DNA of 64,000 nucleotides from an uncultured bacterium (GTDB taxonomy: Bacteria > Babelota > Babeliae > Babelales > Vermiphilaceae): NCBI GenBank assembly GCA_963840685.1, contig CAWIZM010000001.1, positions 752,286 to 816,285 on the forward strand. The letters are read 5' to 3'. Below are positions 10,243 through 19,810 of this stretch, piece after piece; the first letter of the stretch is position 1; the number at the start of each line of letters is the position of its first letter. The notes beneath the pieces were generated by a model that had not been told where the DNA came from, searched no databases, and worked only from the letters and a program-made list of their open reading frames with translations. Made by a program: the position numbers and the translations under genes.

Positions 10243-11826
10243 ATGAAACGTTTTTATCAATTATTGTTTGTTGTTGCTGCTTTGGTAAGTGGCACTGTGT
10301 ATGGCATGGAAGTAAATATTAGGGATGCTGATTATGCTGGTCTTATGACGTATCTGAGGGCGAACGGTTATAATTTTAGTGAAGAACAACCATATGAGTA
10401 TGAAGCAAATGCATCTAAGGTGTTACCTGACATAGAAACATTTCTCTTTGCAAATGCAGAACAACAGAATGACTCGTATGTTCAATTATGCATATCTTAT
10501 TTAAATCATTGTTTTTCATCAACTGAATGCAAACCAGAAACTATTGAAGAAATGCTCAGAGCGCGTTTTACTGGTAATTCAGCAAAAGCATTGTTCTATG
10601 CTCCTTATAGACAATTCATGGTTGGGCAGTTGCAATTGGATAAATTGTATCCAGCTATAGAGGCTATTTGTAAGTCAAAAGATATTGATGCAATTTTAGG
10701 TTGGCTATCAATATTTGATGGTATAGATAATTCATGTGAAGTAATGCTTGTTGATCAAGGACTTAGCAAGGTAATAGCGCCTAAAAAGGGAAATGTGATT
10801 GCAATGAGTCCAGAAGAGCATTCATTGTTGCAAAAGGCTAATCATTTACAAGGACGCGGTAAAGCGTTTATTGATACACTGCGCGAGCAAGATCAAAAAG
10901 ACAAAAATGAGCGTCAACAGTTACGTGCAAATGCAGAAAAAAGAAAAGACAACATAGCTGGGCAAATATTTAATGCTCTTAAGCCAAATCAAGAGGCTCG
11001 CTTAGATCAGTTACTGCAAGATGAGTTAATTGGTGATGATGCGCCATTAGGTGAATATCGTGATTTTATTAATGCTGAAATTCAAAAAAGAATAAACGCC
11101 CCTAGGGTAAAAGCAGAAGATCGTGTAGTGCTATTAAACACATGGAACGCTAAGTTTGCTGCATTACCTGTTCAGGTAAAGCCAGAACCGGTGATAATTC
11201 CAGTGATAATTATTGATAATAAGCCACAACAACCGTTAAATCATAATCAAAATAATAATATTCCTAACAATCCAAGCATAGTTTTTCCTTGTGTAGGAGC
11301 AACCTTTTTATTTAATAAAGATGGGAGTCCGTTATCATCTAAAAACCTTGATGATTATCCAGATGGATATGATAAAGATGGCAACAAGATGGTATGGGAT
11401 GATTCTATTAAGAAATATATATTCGAAGGGCAACAACGAAGCGTTACTGAAAAACCAGAAGAACCAAAAGTAGAGTTACCTCAACAACCGCCTCAACAAC
11501 CAAACCAACCAAATGTAGATGGTCAGCCACAGCAACCAGTGCCAAATGCACCAAAAGGCATAGCTGCACTATTCGCGGCAATTACCGCACCTAGATTAGT
11601 AGTTGCGGCAGTTGTGGTGGGTGTATGTTATTGGGGTTACACTAAATATCAAGATTATAAAGCAGTTGAATCCTCCTCCGCCAAGGCTTCGGCGGACAAG
11701 GAATCCTCCTTCGCTAAAGCTACGGCGGACAGGGAAGCTGCAGCTGAGCAAAACAAGCAAAGTAAACAACGCATGCATAAGCAGCAACCAGTGCGCAAAC
11801 CGGTACATAAAAAGCGCACACGCTAA
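10243..11826 (+). CDS. Secreted Pro/Gln-rich protein with a C-terminal TM anchor and basic tail. It contains an in-frame GC-rich repeat insertion
   Basis: Leader ending VYGMEV; PQQP repeats; TM LVVAAVVVGVCYWGY; GC-rich segment at 11655..11725 encoding SSSAKASADKESSFAKATADREAAAEQ. Confidence 0.5.
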   Translation: MKRFYQLLFVVAALVSGTVYGMEVNIRDADYAGLMTYLRANGYNFSEEQPYEYEANASKVLPDIETFLFANAEQQNDSYVQLCISYLNHCFSSTECKPETIEEMLRARFTGNSAKALFYAPYRQFMVGQLQLDKLYPAIEAICKSKDIDAILGWLSIFDGIDNSCEVMLVDQGLSKVIAPKKGNVIAMSPEEHSLLQKANHLQGRGKAFIDTLREQDQKDKNERQQLRANAEKRKDNIAGQIFNALKPNQEARLDQLLQDELIGDDAPLGEYRDFINAEIQKRINAPRVKAEDRVVLLNTWNAKFAALPVQVKPEPVIIPVIIIDNKPQQPLNHNQNNNIPNNPSIVFPCVGATFLFNKDGSPLSSKNLDDYPDGYDKDGNKMVWDDSIKKYIFEGQQRSVTEKPEEPKVELPQQPPQQPNQPNVDGQPQQPVPNAPKGIAALFAAITAPRLVVAAVVVGVCYWGYTKYQDYKAVESSSAKASADKESSFAKATADREAAAEQNKQSKQRMHKQQPVRKPVHKKRTR

Positions 11827-12041
11827 GTATTGATTCTGTAATTTCACAAAAAATATAAAATTCGCATGTTTCTTAAACAAGGGACATGCGAATTTTTTTG
11901 TCTTTTTTCCATACATTATTGACCCATTTACTCGTAAACAAGTACTTTTGTTAATAGGGGAAATGTTTTACAGGTTTAAATTGGCACGCACAAGATGATA
12001 GATTTTTGGTCTTTGGGCGTCCAACATGTAAAGGGGTAGCG

Positions 12042-12461
12042 ATGAGCAATAATACATATGTTTTTTTTCTGAGTATTGCAATGGTGTGTATGTCTTTCCA
12101 TATGGAGGGAATGCAAACTATAGCGGATAGGGTGAAAGATGTAGTTAGTTTTTTGGATCGCCATAGCGGTAAGACTTTGGTAGCTGCATTGGGCATATTG
12201 GTTGCATCTACCTATTATGAAGAGGATGACTCTGAAGAAGATGAGCTTTTTAATCCAATAACTTACATTGGTCAATACTTTCAAAAAAAAGAAATCAACA
12301 CTGATGATATGGCCTATGATTTAAAAAAAATGTCTGGAAAAGAGTTGCATTTGCCAACAGATATGAATATTGAGCACGGTGTTGATGATGAGGATGATAG
12401 TGAAAATGGGAGTATGGATCCGATTGCTTGGATGGTATTATGGGATATTGCGTCCCGGTAA
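12042..12461 (+). CDS. Small secreted acidic protein (hypothetical)
   Basis: ATG at 12042 with an aaagggg RBS; leader ...FHMEGMQT; D/E-rich. The ORF track starts at 12006. Confidence 0.4.
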   Translation: MSNNTYVFFLSIAMVCMSFHMEGMQTIADRVKDVVSFLDRHSGKTLVAALGILVASTYYEEDDSEEDELFNPITYIGQYFQKKEINTDDMAYDLKKMSGKELHLPTDMNIEHGVDDEDDSENGSMDPIAWMVLWDIASR

Positions 12462-12497
12462 ATTGGTATAATTTTATTATTTTTTTAAGGAGCGTCG

Positions 12498-13466
12498 TTG
12501 AAGCTAAAAGTGAGAGTTTTGTGTTTGCTGTTTCTTTGTGTGTATGCTGAATTTTTGGCAATGGAGCATGAGCAAAAAAAGATATCTGATCTGAATGATA
12601 TTGTGGTTGATAAGGTTGATAAAGCTAATAACCCACCAAGTATAATACAATTGGTGTATACCGCATTTTTAGAAAGGACGCCGAGTAAAAAAGGGGTTCA
12701 AATGAGTAGCCCACAACAAGCAGTGCATCAGATTGAAAGTGAACTCGATAAACACATTGCAGCATTAAAAGATGGTGATCCAGAGATGTATGCAGCAATT
12801 ATGAATTTTAAGCTGCAGGCAGAGTTAAATGGTAAAACGCAACAAGAAATTAAAGAGTTTATAGAAACAAATCTGGATAAATTGTCTTCTATCAATATGT
12901 ATCAACATTTGTATAGTGCGCAGGCTGCAAAAATAGAATCAGATAAGAAAAAAGATTATCAGTTGCATGATGTGCTGGATAACAAAGAATTGGTTAATGA
13001 ATCAACGTTATACCATACACTTTTGTATCGCTCTGCTGCCATAGCATGTGGCAAAGAGGAAGTTGAAAAGGAAGTAGAAAAAGCAAAGGGATGCGTTGAT
13101 GATTGGCTTAAAAAAATAAAAGAGGATCATCCTATAGCGTATGCTATTTTGGCGCAAGCATATGAAGAGGCTAAAAACAACAATCTCAATCAACAAGATG
13201 CCGGTACACATTTGCTTAATGCGGTCAATCAACTTACCAATGTAGATTCATTATTACTGCCTATGAAAGACATTCAAAGTGCACACCAAAAAACAACTAT
13301 TTGGAAGCAGGCTGGTGGAATTATAGCAGCAGTTGTTGGTATTTTCAGCACAATAAGTGGATCGACTGGGGGGATTTTGGGTGGACTTTTTGCAACTAAA
13401 AATGCGACGGTTATCGCGTGCACATTGGGGGAATGTATTGCTTTGATGAATGTTACGATTGGATAA
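12498..13466 (+). CDS. Secreted hypothetical protein with a C-terminal glycine-zipper membrane segment (TTG start)
   Basis: aaggag RBS 5 nt upstream of TTG; leader ending LAMEHEQ; C-terminal GGIIAAVVGIFSTISGSTGGILGGLFA. Confidence 0.45.
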   Translation: MKLKVRVLCLLFLCVYAEFLAMEHEQKKISDLNDIVVDKVDKANNPPSIIQLVYTAFLERTPSKKGVQMSSPQQAVHQIESELDKHIAALKDGDPEMYAAIMNFKLQAELNGKTQQEIKEFIETNLDKLSSINMYQHLYSAQAAKIESDKKKDYQLHDVLDNKELVNESTLYHTLLYRSAAIACGKEEVEKEVEKAKGCVDDWLKKIKEDHPIAYAILAQAYEEAKNNNLNQQDAGTHLLNAVNQLTNVDSLLLPMKDIQSAHQKTTIWKQAGGIIAAVVGIFSTISGSTGGILGGLFATKNATVIACTLGECIALMNVTIG

Positions 13467-13472
13467 TGATTT

Positions 13473-13525
13473 ATTAAAATATAAAGCCCGCTCACGGTAT
13501 GTATACACAATGAGCGGGTTCTTTA
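13473..13525. terminator. Bidirectional terminator hairpin between convergent genes
   Basis: aaagcccgctca ... tgagcgggttcttt followed by a T-run. Confidence 0.55.
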
Positions 13526-13541
13526 TTTTTTTAGAATATTT

Positions 13542-13964
13542 TTAGAACGTGGTATTAATTTCGTTACGCAATTCGACTTTGCTACGAGCACCAGTTTTTT
13601 GACTTATTTTTTGTCCGTCTTTAAAGAATACAAGCGTTGGTAGGCCACGTACGCCGAAGTTTTTAGTTAAATCCTTGAATTTTTCTGTGTCGACTTTGAC
13701 AAACGTGATACTGGTCATTTCTTTAGCGAGGTCATCAATAATTGGGCTCATGCGTTGGCATGGACCACACCAGCTTGCGAAAAAGTCAACGACTACATTG
13801 CCGTTAGCGATTGCATCATTAAATTCTTGTTCTGAACCTATGTGTATGACGGTGCCAGTTTCAGTTCGCTTAACCATTTTTGCTTTGTCATTTTTTTGTA
13901 CACATCCGGTAAATGAAACGGTGCACAAGAATATTAAGGCAGATGTTTTATAGTTCATTTTCAC
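13542..13964 (-). CDS. Periplasmic thioredoxin-like lipoprotein
   Basis: WCGPCQ active site; lipobox-like SFTGC leader. Confidence 0.8.
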   Translation of the reverse strand: MKMNYKTSALIFLCTVSFTGCVQKNDKAKMVKRTETGTVIHIGSEQEFNDAIANGNVVVDFFASWCGPCQRMSPIIDDLAKEMTSITFVKVDTEKFKDLTKNFGVRGLPTLVFFKDGQKISQKTGARSKVELRNEINTTF

Positions 13965-14166
13965 GAGGATCCCTTTTTATTACGTATGTTTAGTGAAATA
14001 TGATTTGGTATGATGTACTGTCAACATAACGTACTGGTTATCCTTGTCAATAATAATAATTGTTTTCTTCTTGCATTGTGGCGCTTAAATTGGCTATATC
14101 TGTGGTGAAAATCGGCGATGAAAATTGGCACTGTACTTGTTATATCTGGTCAAAAGGAGAAATGAT

Positions 14167-15258
14167 ATGCTGGAACTGAGAGAAGTTGTTTACGTTGATG
14201 CGGTACCGACTGGTATTGAATGCATCCTTGGCGCAGATATTGGCGGCACTAACAGTAATTTTGGTTTCTTTCGCCCTCCTTCGCTGAAGATACGGCAGGC
14301 AGGTCGGCAGACAGGTTTAGGGGAAGAACATCTTGAACTCCTCTTTTCTGTGCACGCAAAGAGTCAGTTGGTTACTGATTTTACGGCGCTCGTTAAACAG
14401 ATATTGGAATATGTTCATGCCAAATACAAAATTGAAGTTAAGTACTCGGCCTTTGCCGCTGCGGGTGTGGTGTCAGAGCATCAAGATTATGTAAAGCCGA
14501 CTAATTTACCTATAGTCGTCGATTCTAAAGAAATATTAAAACAAACTCATCTCCATTGTGCGTTTATTGTGAATGATTTTGAAGTTATTGGTTATGGAGT
14601 AGATAGTATAGATCCTAAAGATTTGGTGTTGGTTAATGCGGGTGTTCCGCGTGCACAGGCAAACAGGGCAATTGTAGGTGCTGGTACTGGCTTTGGAAAA
14701 TGTATTATGATTTGGGATCGGCAATTGGGTCGTCATATTCCTTCTGCATCTGAAGGAGGACATGCAGATTTTGCGCCATACAATTTATTAGAAATGGATT
14801 TGGTTAATTATATTAAAAAAGAGAGACAAGGAAATTGCGCGGTATCATGGGAAGATCTACTTTCTGGCGATGGAATTCGGCTTATTTATTGTTTTTTCCG
14901 TGCGCGGGCACAGGATGAGTCTGCAGCGCATCAACCACCTCAAGCAGATGATATATTCAAGGCTCGCAAACAAGATGCCCATGCATATGCTACGTTTAAA
15001 TTATATGCAAAAATATATGCGCGGTGTGCTAAAAATTTTGCATTAGATGCATTAGCGTTAGGTGGTGTGTACATTGCTGGTGGTATTGCAGCAAAAAACT
15101 TGCCACTTTTTGAAAAAGATATTTTTATGACATCTTTTATCAATTGTGGCAAGCAACAAGAGCTACTTAAAGAGGTGCCAATCTACGTTATCACTGACTA
15201 TAACGTGAGTTTGTATGGCGTTGCTGAATACATGCTCATTGAGGGCATGTGTGGATAG
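14167..15258 (+). CDS. glk: Glucokinase (Glk family) carrying an in-frame GC-rich repeat-derived insertion just after the ATP-binding GGTN motif
   Basis: aaggag RBS then ATG 14167; LGADIGGTNSNFGFF matches the Glk N-terminal motif. Inserted loop RPPSLKIRQAGRQTGLGEEHLELL is encoded by GC-rich DNA at 14262..14345 homologous to the intergenic repeats. Confidence 0.7.
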   Translation: MLELREVVYVDAVPTGIECILGADIGGTNSNFGFFRPPSLKIRQAGRQTGLGEEHLELLFSVHAKSQLVTDFTALVKQILEYVHAKYKIEVKYSAFAAAGVVSEHQDYVKPTNLPIVVDSKEILKQTHLHCAFIVNDFEVIGYGVDSIDPKDLVLVNAGVPRAQANRAIVGAGTGFGKCIMIWDRQLGRHIPSASEGGHADFAPYNLLEMDLVNYIKKERQGNCAVSWEDLLSGDGIRLIYCFFRARAQDESAAHQPPQADDIFKARKQDAHAYATFKLYAKIYARCAKNFALDALALGGVYIAGGIAAKNLPLFEKDIFMTSFINCGKQQELLKEVPIYVITDYNVSLYGVAEYMLIEGMCG

Positions 15259-15259
15259 T

Positions 15260-15787
15260 TTATTGTTCCCAAGGGAAAACTATCCAATCAGTGGTTTCTT
15301 CCACGTAATAATCAGGTTTAATTTTTGATTTTGTTTTATAAAAAAGAACCGCGCTTTTGATGGTAGCGTTGGTTAGATGTTGTTTGAGTAGTTTTAGGAC
15401 AGCATCGAGCGTCTCTCCGGTATCGGCAAGGTCGTCTATGATTAAAATTGTTTCATAATTTTTGTAAGATTCTACGGGCACCGGGAAACGAAATCTTAAT
15501 GCTTTTTGTTTGCCTGCATCGTCGTATGATTCGGTACTGATAGTCACCGTGTTACGGTTATTCAGCATCGCTTCGCCCGCTAAGATTCCAAGCGGAATTA
15601 ATCCACCACGGCAAATGCCAATCAAGAGGTCTGGTTTAAAATTATCAGCTTTGACTTGCTCGTGAATGTTTGAGCACATAGATTTTATTTGTTCGAAGTT
15701 AACATATGTTTTTTTAATGTCAGGTTCCATACTCATGAGTGTAGAAGATACGATTAGAGAAAAAAGAATAGTAGATTTGTTATTCAT
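15260..15787 (-). CDS. Hypoxanthine/guanine phosphoribosyltransferase-like protein with an N-terminal hydrophobic extension (alternative start about 15730)
   Basis: PRTase motifs LLIGICRGG and ILIIDDLADTGETL; N-terminal ILFSLIVSSTLMSMEPD signal-like extension. Confidence 0.7.
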   Translation of the reverse strand: MNNKSTILFSLIVSSTLMSMEPDIKKTYVNFEQIKSMCSNIHEQVKADNFKPDLLIGICRGGLIPLGILAGEAMLNNRNTVTISTESYDDAGKQKALRFRFPVPVESYKNYETILIIDDLADTGETLDAVLKLLKQHLTNATIKSAVLFYKTKSKIKPDYYVEETTDWIVFPWEQ

Positions 15788-15898
15788 TTTGTGATTCCTC
15801 TTAATAACGTGAGTTTTGTATGGCGTTACCGAAATATATGTATATTGAGAGTATGTGAGGGTAGATAGCTCCTTTTGGTTTGTGGGTTGATAGATGCG

Positions 15899-16258
15899 CT
15901 ATTCCTTGTTTGTTTTCATAAGGTATGTTTTGGTTCGTGGGTCTTTGATGGCAGAGTATATTTTGCAAAACTCAATAAACGCACCTTTTTTTCGGTCAAC
16001 AGGCGTGATCGTTACGATATATAATTTTTGATTGTTTTCTTTATCTTCGTTAGTAACGATTTTTGGAAGATCACTTTTGATTTTTTTAAGTTCTTCATTC
16101 GGTATATCAGATCGCATAAAATAGGCGCGTTGTTGGTTTTTGCGGAGAAGAAGTTTGGTAATCGCTATGCGTTGTTGCATGCCTAACGTAGTGCCATTGA
16201 GCGCGAGTAGTACGAGTGCTTGTAGGATGAAAAAGTTTTTCATGGGCAGACCTTTCAA
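15899..16258 (-). CDS. Small secreted hypothetical protein. Its promoter and leader cassette is duplicated upstream of prs paralogue 2
   Basis: Leader MKGLPMKNFFILQALVLLALNGTTLGMQ. About 160 bp of leader-coding sequence plus upstream region is near-identical to 18955..19115. Confidence 0.45.
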   Translation of the reverse strand: MKGLPMKNFFILQALVLLALNGTTLGMQQRIAITKLLLRKNQQRAYFMRSDIPNEELKKIKSDLPKIVTNEDKENNQKLYIVTITPVDRKKGAFIEFCKIYSAIKDPRTKTYLMKTNKE

Positions 16259-16405
16259 AAAAAGTGTTTAATCATACTATTTTTGTGAAGACGATTTGTA
16301 AATAGGCAAGGATACTCTCTTTTTTTAAAAATTACTACGTTAAGATGTTTAAATTTTTTGTGCATACGGTGAAATTGATTTTCAATACCATTCGTCGTAT
16401 GCTCC

Positions 16406-16726
16406 GTGTGTGACGTTTCATTAAAAAACAGATTAAAAAAAGGGTTTCATATGCAAAAACATAGTGTTTTCTCATCTGCTTTCTTAGTGCTTGTAATGAG
16501 TGGAAATATCATGAGTATGCAGATATTAAAAAATGTATCGTGTAATAAGCGTTATCCCATAATCTCTATGATACGTAGTTTTAATAACAACACATATTAT
16601 GATGGATTGGTGAATGAATCTAATGTGCAGCGCACATTGATGATTCGGGATTCATACATAGCAATTGCACAATTACATGATCGACTAAAAAAATTGGAAA
16701 AGAAAACTATTTTACTTGATTTATAG
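16406..16726 (+). CDS. Small secreted hypothetical protein, possibly truncated by the adjacent IS
   Basis: Leader ending IMSMQ; stop codon abuts the IS630-like terminal sequence tagcaaac. Confidence 0.3.
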   Translation: MCDVSLKNRLKKGFHMQKHSVFSSAFLVLVMSGNIMSMQILKNVSCNKRYPIISMIRSFNNNTYYDGLVNESNVQRTLMIRDSYIAIAQLHDRLKKLEKKTILLDL

Positions 16727-17690
16727 CAAACCTCAGTAGGTTGTACACATTTCCCCCACAGCTTTGATAGTCGCTTCATAGAAATCCTGAATGGCTTCTG
16801 CCGCCTTCCTAATTCTTGCTTTCATAGCAGACCAATAGTGTTCAATTGGGTTTAAATCAGGAGAATATGGAGGTAAAAAAATAATTCTACATTGTGCTGA
16901 TTCAATGAGTTCTACAACTTTTTTCGATTTATGAAATCTTGCATTATCAATTATAAGAACCATCCCAGGTCTCAATTGAGGAACTAAAACTTGTTCAACG
17001 TACGTTGCATAGGTACTTGCATTTGAATACCCTTCAAAGACAAATGGTGCAAATAGCTTGCCTTTATTGAGTGCTGCCGTAATGTTATATCGTGCCTTGC
17101 GTATACCTTTTTTCTTGGCAAATAACCGTTTTCCAACAGGGCCCCAACCTTTTGGTGGTGCCTCATTATCATCGATTCCAGCTTCATCTGAATAAATTAT
17201 ATCATCTGGATTAATGTCCTTGATTTTCTCAAGATATTGCTCTCTTTTCTTTTGGTTAGCTTCTACGTAATTGAATGTTTTTTTTTGAAGTGAACCCAAT
17301 TTTCTTTAATGCCCGCTCCATAGTGCTCTCAGAAACAATTTGATTTTTCAACTTCGCCCATTCGACAATCATCATCTTTACTGTAAGATTCCCATTTTTT
17401 TCAACAAACGCTCTGAACTCTTCCCGGTTCGTAATTTTATGACTATGCCCTTTTTGAAAACCAGACTTTGGTTTAAGGCTGTTTGTTTTTTCTAACAGAT
17501 CTTTCCACTTATAGATTACTCTTCTGCTTACATCGAATGTTTTTGCTGCAATCGTTGGTCGCATGCCTTTAGAAATCGCGTTTATTACTCTTTCTCTCAG
17601 ATCTAAACTATATGTTGCCACTGCGTTCTCCTTTTTTTATGTGGCAGCCATTTTATCAGATTTGTGAACTAGTTAAAGAAGTTTGCTATA
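16727..17690 (-). mobile_element. IS630/Tc1-mariner-family insertion sequence. The transposase is in two overlapping ORFs (17256..17621 HTH part and 16733..17299 DDE part), i.e. frameshifted
   Basis: DDE-domain motifs (IIYSDEAGID, LIIDNARFHKS, PPYSPDLNPIEHYW). N-terminal HTH ORF overlaps by 44 nt in a different frame. Short terminal repeat tagcaaac/gtttgcta at both ends includes TA. Confidence 0.75.
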
Positions 17691-17889
17691 GACACTGAAA
17701 TGCGCGTAGAAGAAGCAATATGGTGTGGTCGTGAAATCAAGATGATAAGAGAATCAATAGAGAGAAATGAGTGTAGTCTACGCGAACAGTTAGATGCATT
17801 TCATAAAATTCAAAAAAAAGTTACGTCACTCGAAAAAAGGGCTATATCACTCGAATGAGTACCATTAAAAATGCAAAATTTACGGGTGA

Positions 17890-19032
17890 TTAATCTGCAA
17901 CATATTCTTTTACCGGTTCTATGAGGATGCTGCTTATATCAAACAATTCAACTTTACCATGAGATTGTACTGTTTTTAATGCAATAGTATTTGCAACGAA
18001 AACTTTTTCAAAATTGCTTGTTTGAACCCTATCCAAGGCATTATTGGAGAGTACTGGATGCACAAAATAACCAAAAACATGTTGCGCTCCTCTTTCTACC
18101 AATGCATCACATACCTGTAATGCGGTACCGCCAGTATCAATCATATCATCAACAATTATTGCGGTGGGCGTACTGAGTTCGCCAGACATACTCATAATTG
18201 CGGTCTTGTTTTGCGCATACCGATTTTTTGTGAAATATATGGTGTTACTATTTAGTTTTTGCGCAATGGTATGAGCGCGATCATATGCACCTTTGTCCAC
18301 CGCAATTAATGATACACCGTGCGATAGATCGATGTGCTCTCTAATATGTTGGGTGATGAGGTCAAGAGGAGAGAGTGAATGGAAGGGGATAGTGAAAAAG
18401 TTTTTGAGTACTGGTGTATGTGCTTCAATGGTCACTACTTGGTCGATACCTGCGTTTTGAAGCAATTGTGCGACAACGTGTGCAGGGCCAAATTTGCCAG
18501 GAATACGGCTCTTTTCTTGTCGTGAATAACCAAAATAAGGAATGATAGCAGTAATTTTTGTGCATCCGGTATTTTTAAGTTCATGCGCTAAAAATGCAAC
18601 ATGCATAATCTGTTCCTGTGGGGAGGGATAGGTTGTTTGAATAATAATGGCATGTTTGTTTAGCCAAAAATTAGCATCTTTATCTGTCTCTTTAAGGGTG
18701 ACTTCTGTTTCGCCGTCAGAAAACCGTGTAACTTGTGCATGATGCAAGTACTTATCAAAATGCTCAACAAGGGAGAGTCCTATGCTTGAGGTATCGAGGG
18801 CTATAAATTCAAAACCGTCTTTACTTTCTGAGCAATCAATCATTTCTTGAGAATTATTTTTGCTTTCTGTAAAGCTTCCGCTATCTACTGCATATGGCAA
18901 AGAATATGGATATGCTGGATTGTCTTTGTTTGTTTGATTTACATCGAGCATGCCTACAAGATTTCCGTTGAGCGTTAGGAGTATGAGTGCGAGGTGTGAT
19001 ATGAAGAAGTTTTTCATGAGCAGCTCTTTCAA
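17890..19032 (-). CDS. prs: Ribose-phosphate pyrophosphokinase paralogue 2 with an about 75-aa N-terminal extension carrying a signal peptide
   Basis: Full-length Prs homology (RFSDGE, IPYFGYSRQE, IVDDMIDTGGT) preceded by MKELLMKNFFISHLALILLTLNGNLVGM leader. Confidence 0.8.
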   Translation of the reverse strand: MKELLMKNFFISHLALILLTLNGNLVGMLDVNQTNKDNPAYPYSLPYAVDSGSFTESKNNSQEMIDCSESKDGFEFIALDTSSIGLSLVEHFDKYLHHAQVTRFSDGETEVTLKETDKDANFWLNKHAIIIQTTYPSPQEQIMHVAFLAHELKNTGCTKITAIIPYFGYSRQEKSRIPGKFGPAHVVAQLLQNAGIDQVVTIEAHTPVLKNFFTIPFHSLSPLDLITQHIREHIDLSHGVSLIAVDKGAYDRAHTIAQKLNSNTIYFTKNRYAQNKTAIMSMSGELSTPTAIIVDDMIDTGGTALQVCDALVERGAQHVFGYFVHPVLSNNALDRVQTSNFEKVFVANTIALKTVQSHGKVELFDISSILIEPVKEYVAD

Positions 19033-19119
19033 AAAAAGTGTTTAATCAGGTGTTTTTTTAACGCAATTTTAACGCAAAAGGATACTCTCTTTTTTTAAAA
19101 GTTGCTACATTAACGTGAA

Positions 19120-19275
19120 CTTGGAATTAGAAAATTAAAAAGCCCGTTCGCCCTGAGCTTGTCGAAGGGTACGGGCCTATGCTTCGACCCAGCCTTCGTT
19201 AAAACTTCGGCGGGCACGGCAGGCTGAGGCCATGGTCCGACGTAGCCTATCAGCACGAACGGCCTAGAATAATTA
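19120..19275. repeat. GC-rich palindromic intergenic repeat element (family member)
   Basis: ccctgagcttgtcgaagg / ccttcg... arms; shares segments with 20733..20805, 26885..26965 (reverse orientation) and 41640..41770. Confidence 0.7.
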
Positions 19276-19277
19276 GC

Positions 19278-19808
19278 TTATGTACATAACTCAGTGATTG
19301 TAGTGACTGCATGGGTAATAGCTTGTTCAAGGTCAGTAGAATTTTCAGAGAAATTAGTCAGCACATAATCAGGCACTTCTTCTCTGTTCAATGGACGCCC
19401 TATGCCAAACCGCAAACGGGGAAAATCAGCACCACATGCAGTAATAATTGAGCGTAATCCATTGTGTCCCTTTGCGCTGCCACCCATTTTGATGCTTACA
19501 TTGCCAAACGGTTTTTCCAGTTCATCATGTACAACCAAAATATTTTCTGGCTTAATGCCTTTTTTAAGGAGCGCTGGAATTACCCTGCCTGAACTGTTCA
19601 TGAATGTTTGTGGTTTAATCAACGCGATATGGTGGGTGCCAATGGTGATTTCAGCGTACTCCATTTCGCCTTTTTTTTGCCATACTGCACCATGGGCATG
19701 TGCAAGTGCATCAACTACACGAAAACCAATGCTGTGGCGTGTGTGGTAATATTTTGTTCCTGGATTACCTAATCCTATAATTGCTTTGATAGTAAGTTTT
19801 TGTGACAT
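19278..19808 (-). CDS. pth: Peptidyl-tRNA hydrolase
   Basis: IIGLGNPG..Y..TRHSIGF, GHNGLRSI motifs. Confidence 0.9.
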   Translation of the reverse strand: MSQKLTIKAIIGLGNPGTKYYHTRHSIGFRVVDALAHAHGAVWQKKGEMEYAEITIGTHHIALIKPQTFMNSSGRVIPALLKKGIKPENILVVHDELEKPFGNVSIKMGGSAKGHNGLRSIITACGADFPRLRFGIGRPLNREEVPDYVLTNFSENSTDLEQAITHAVTTITELCT

Positions 19809-19810
19809 GA

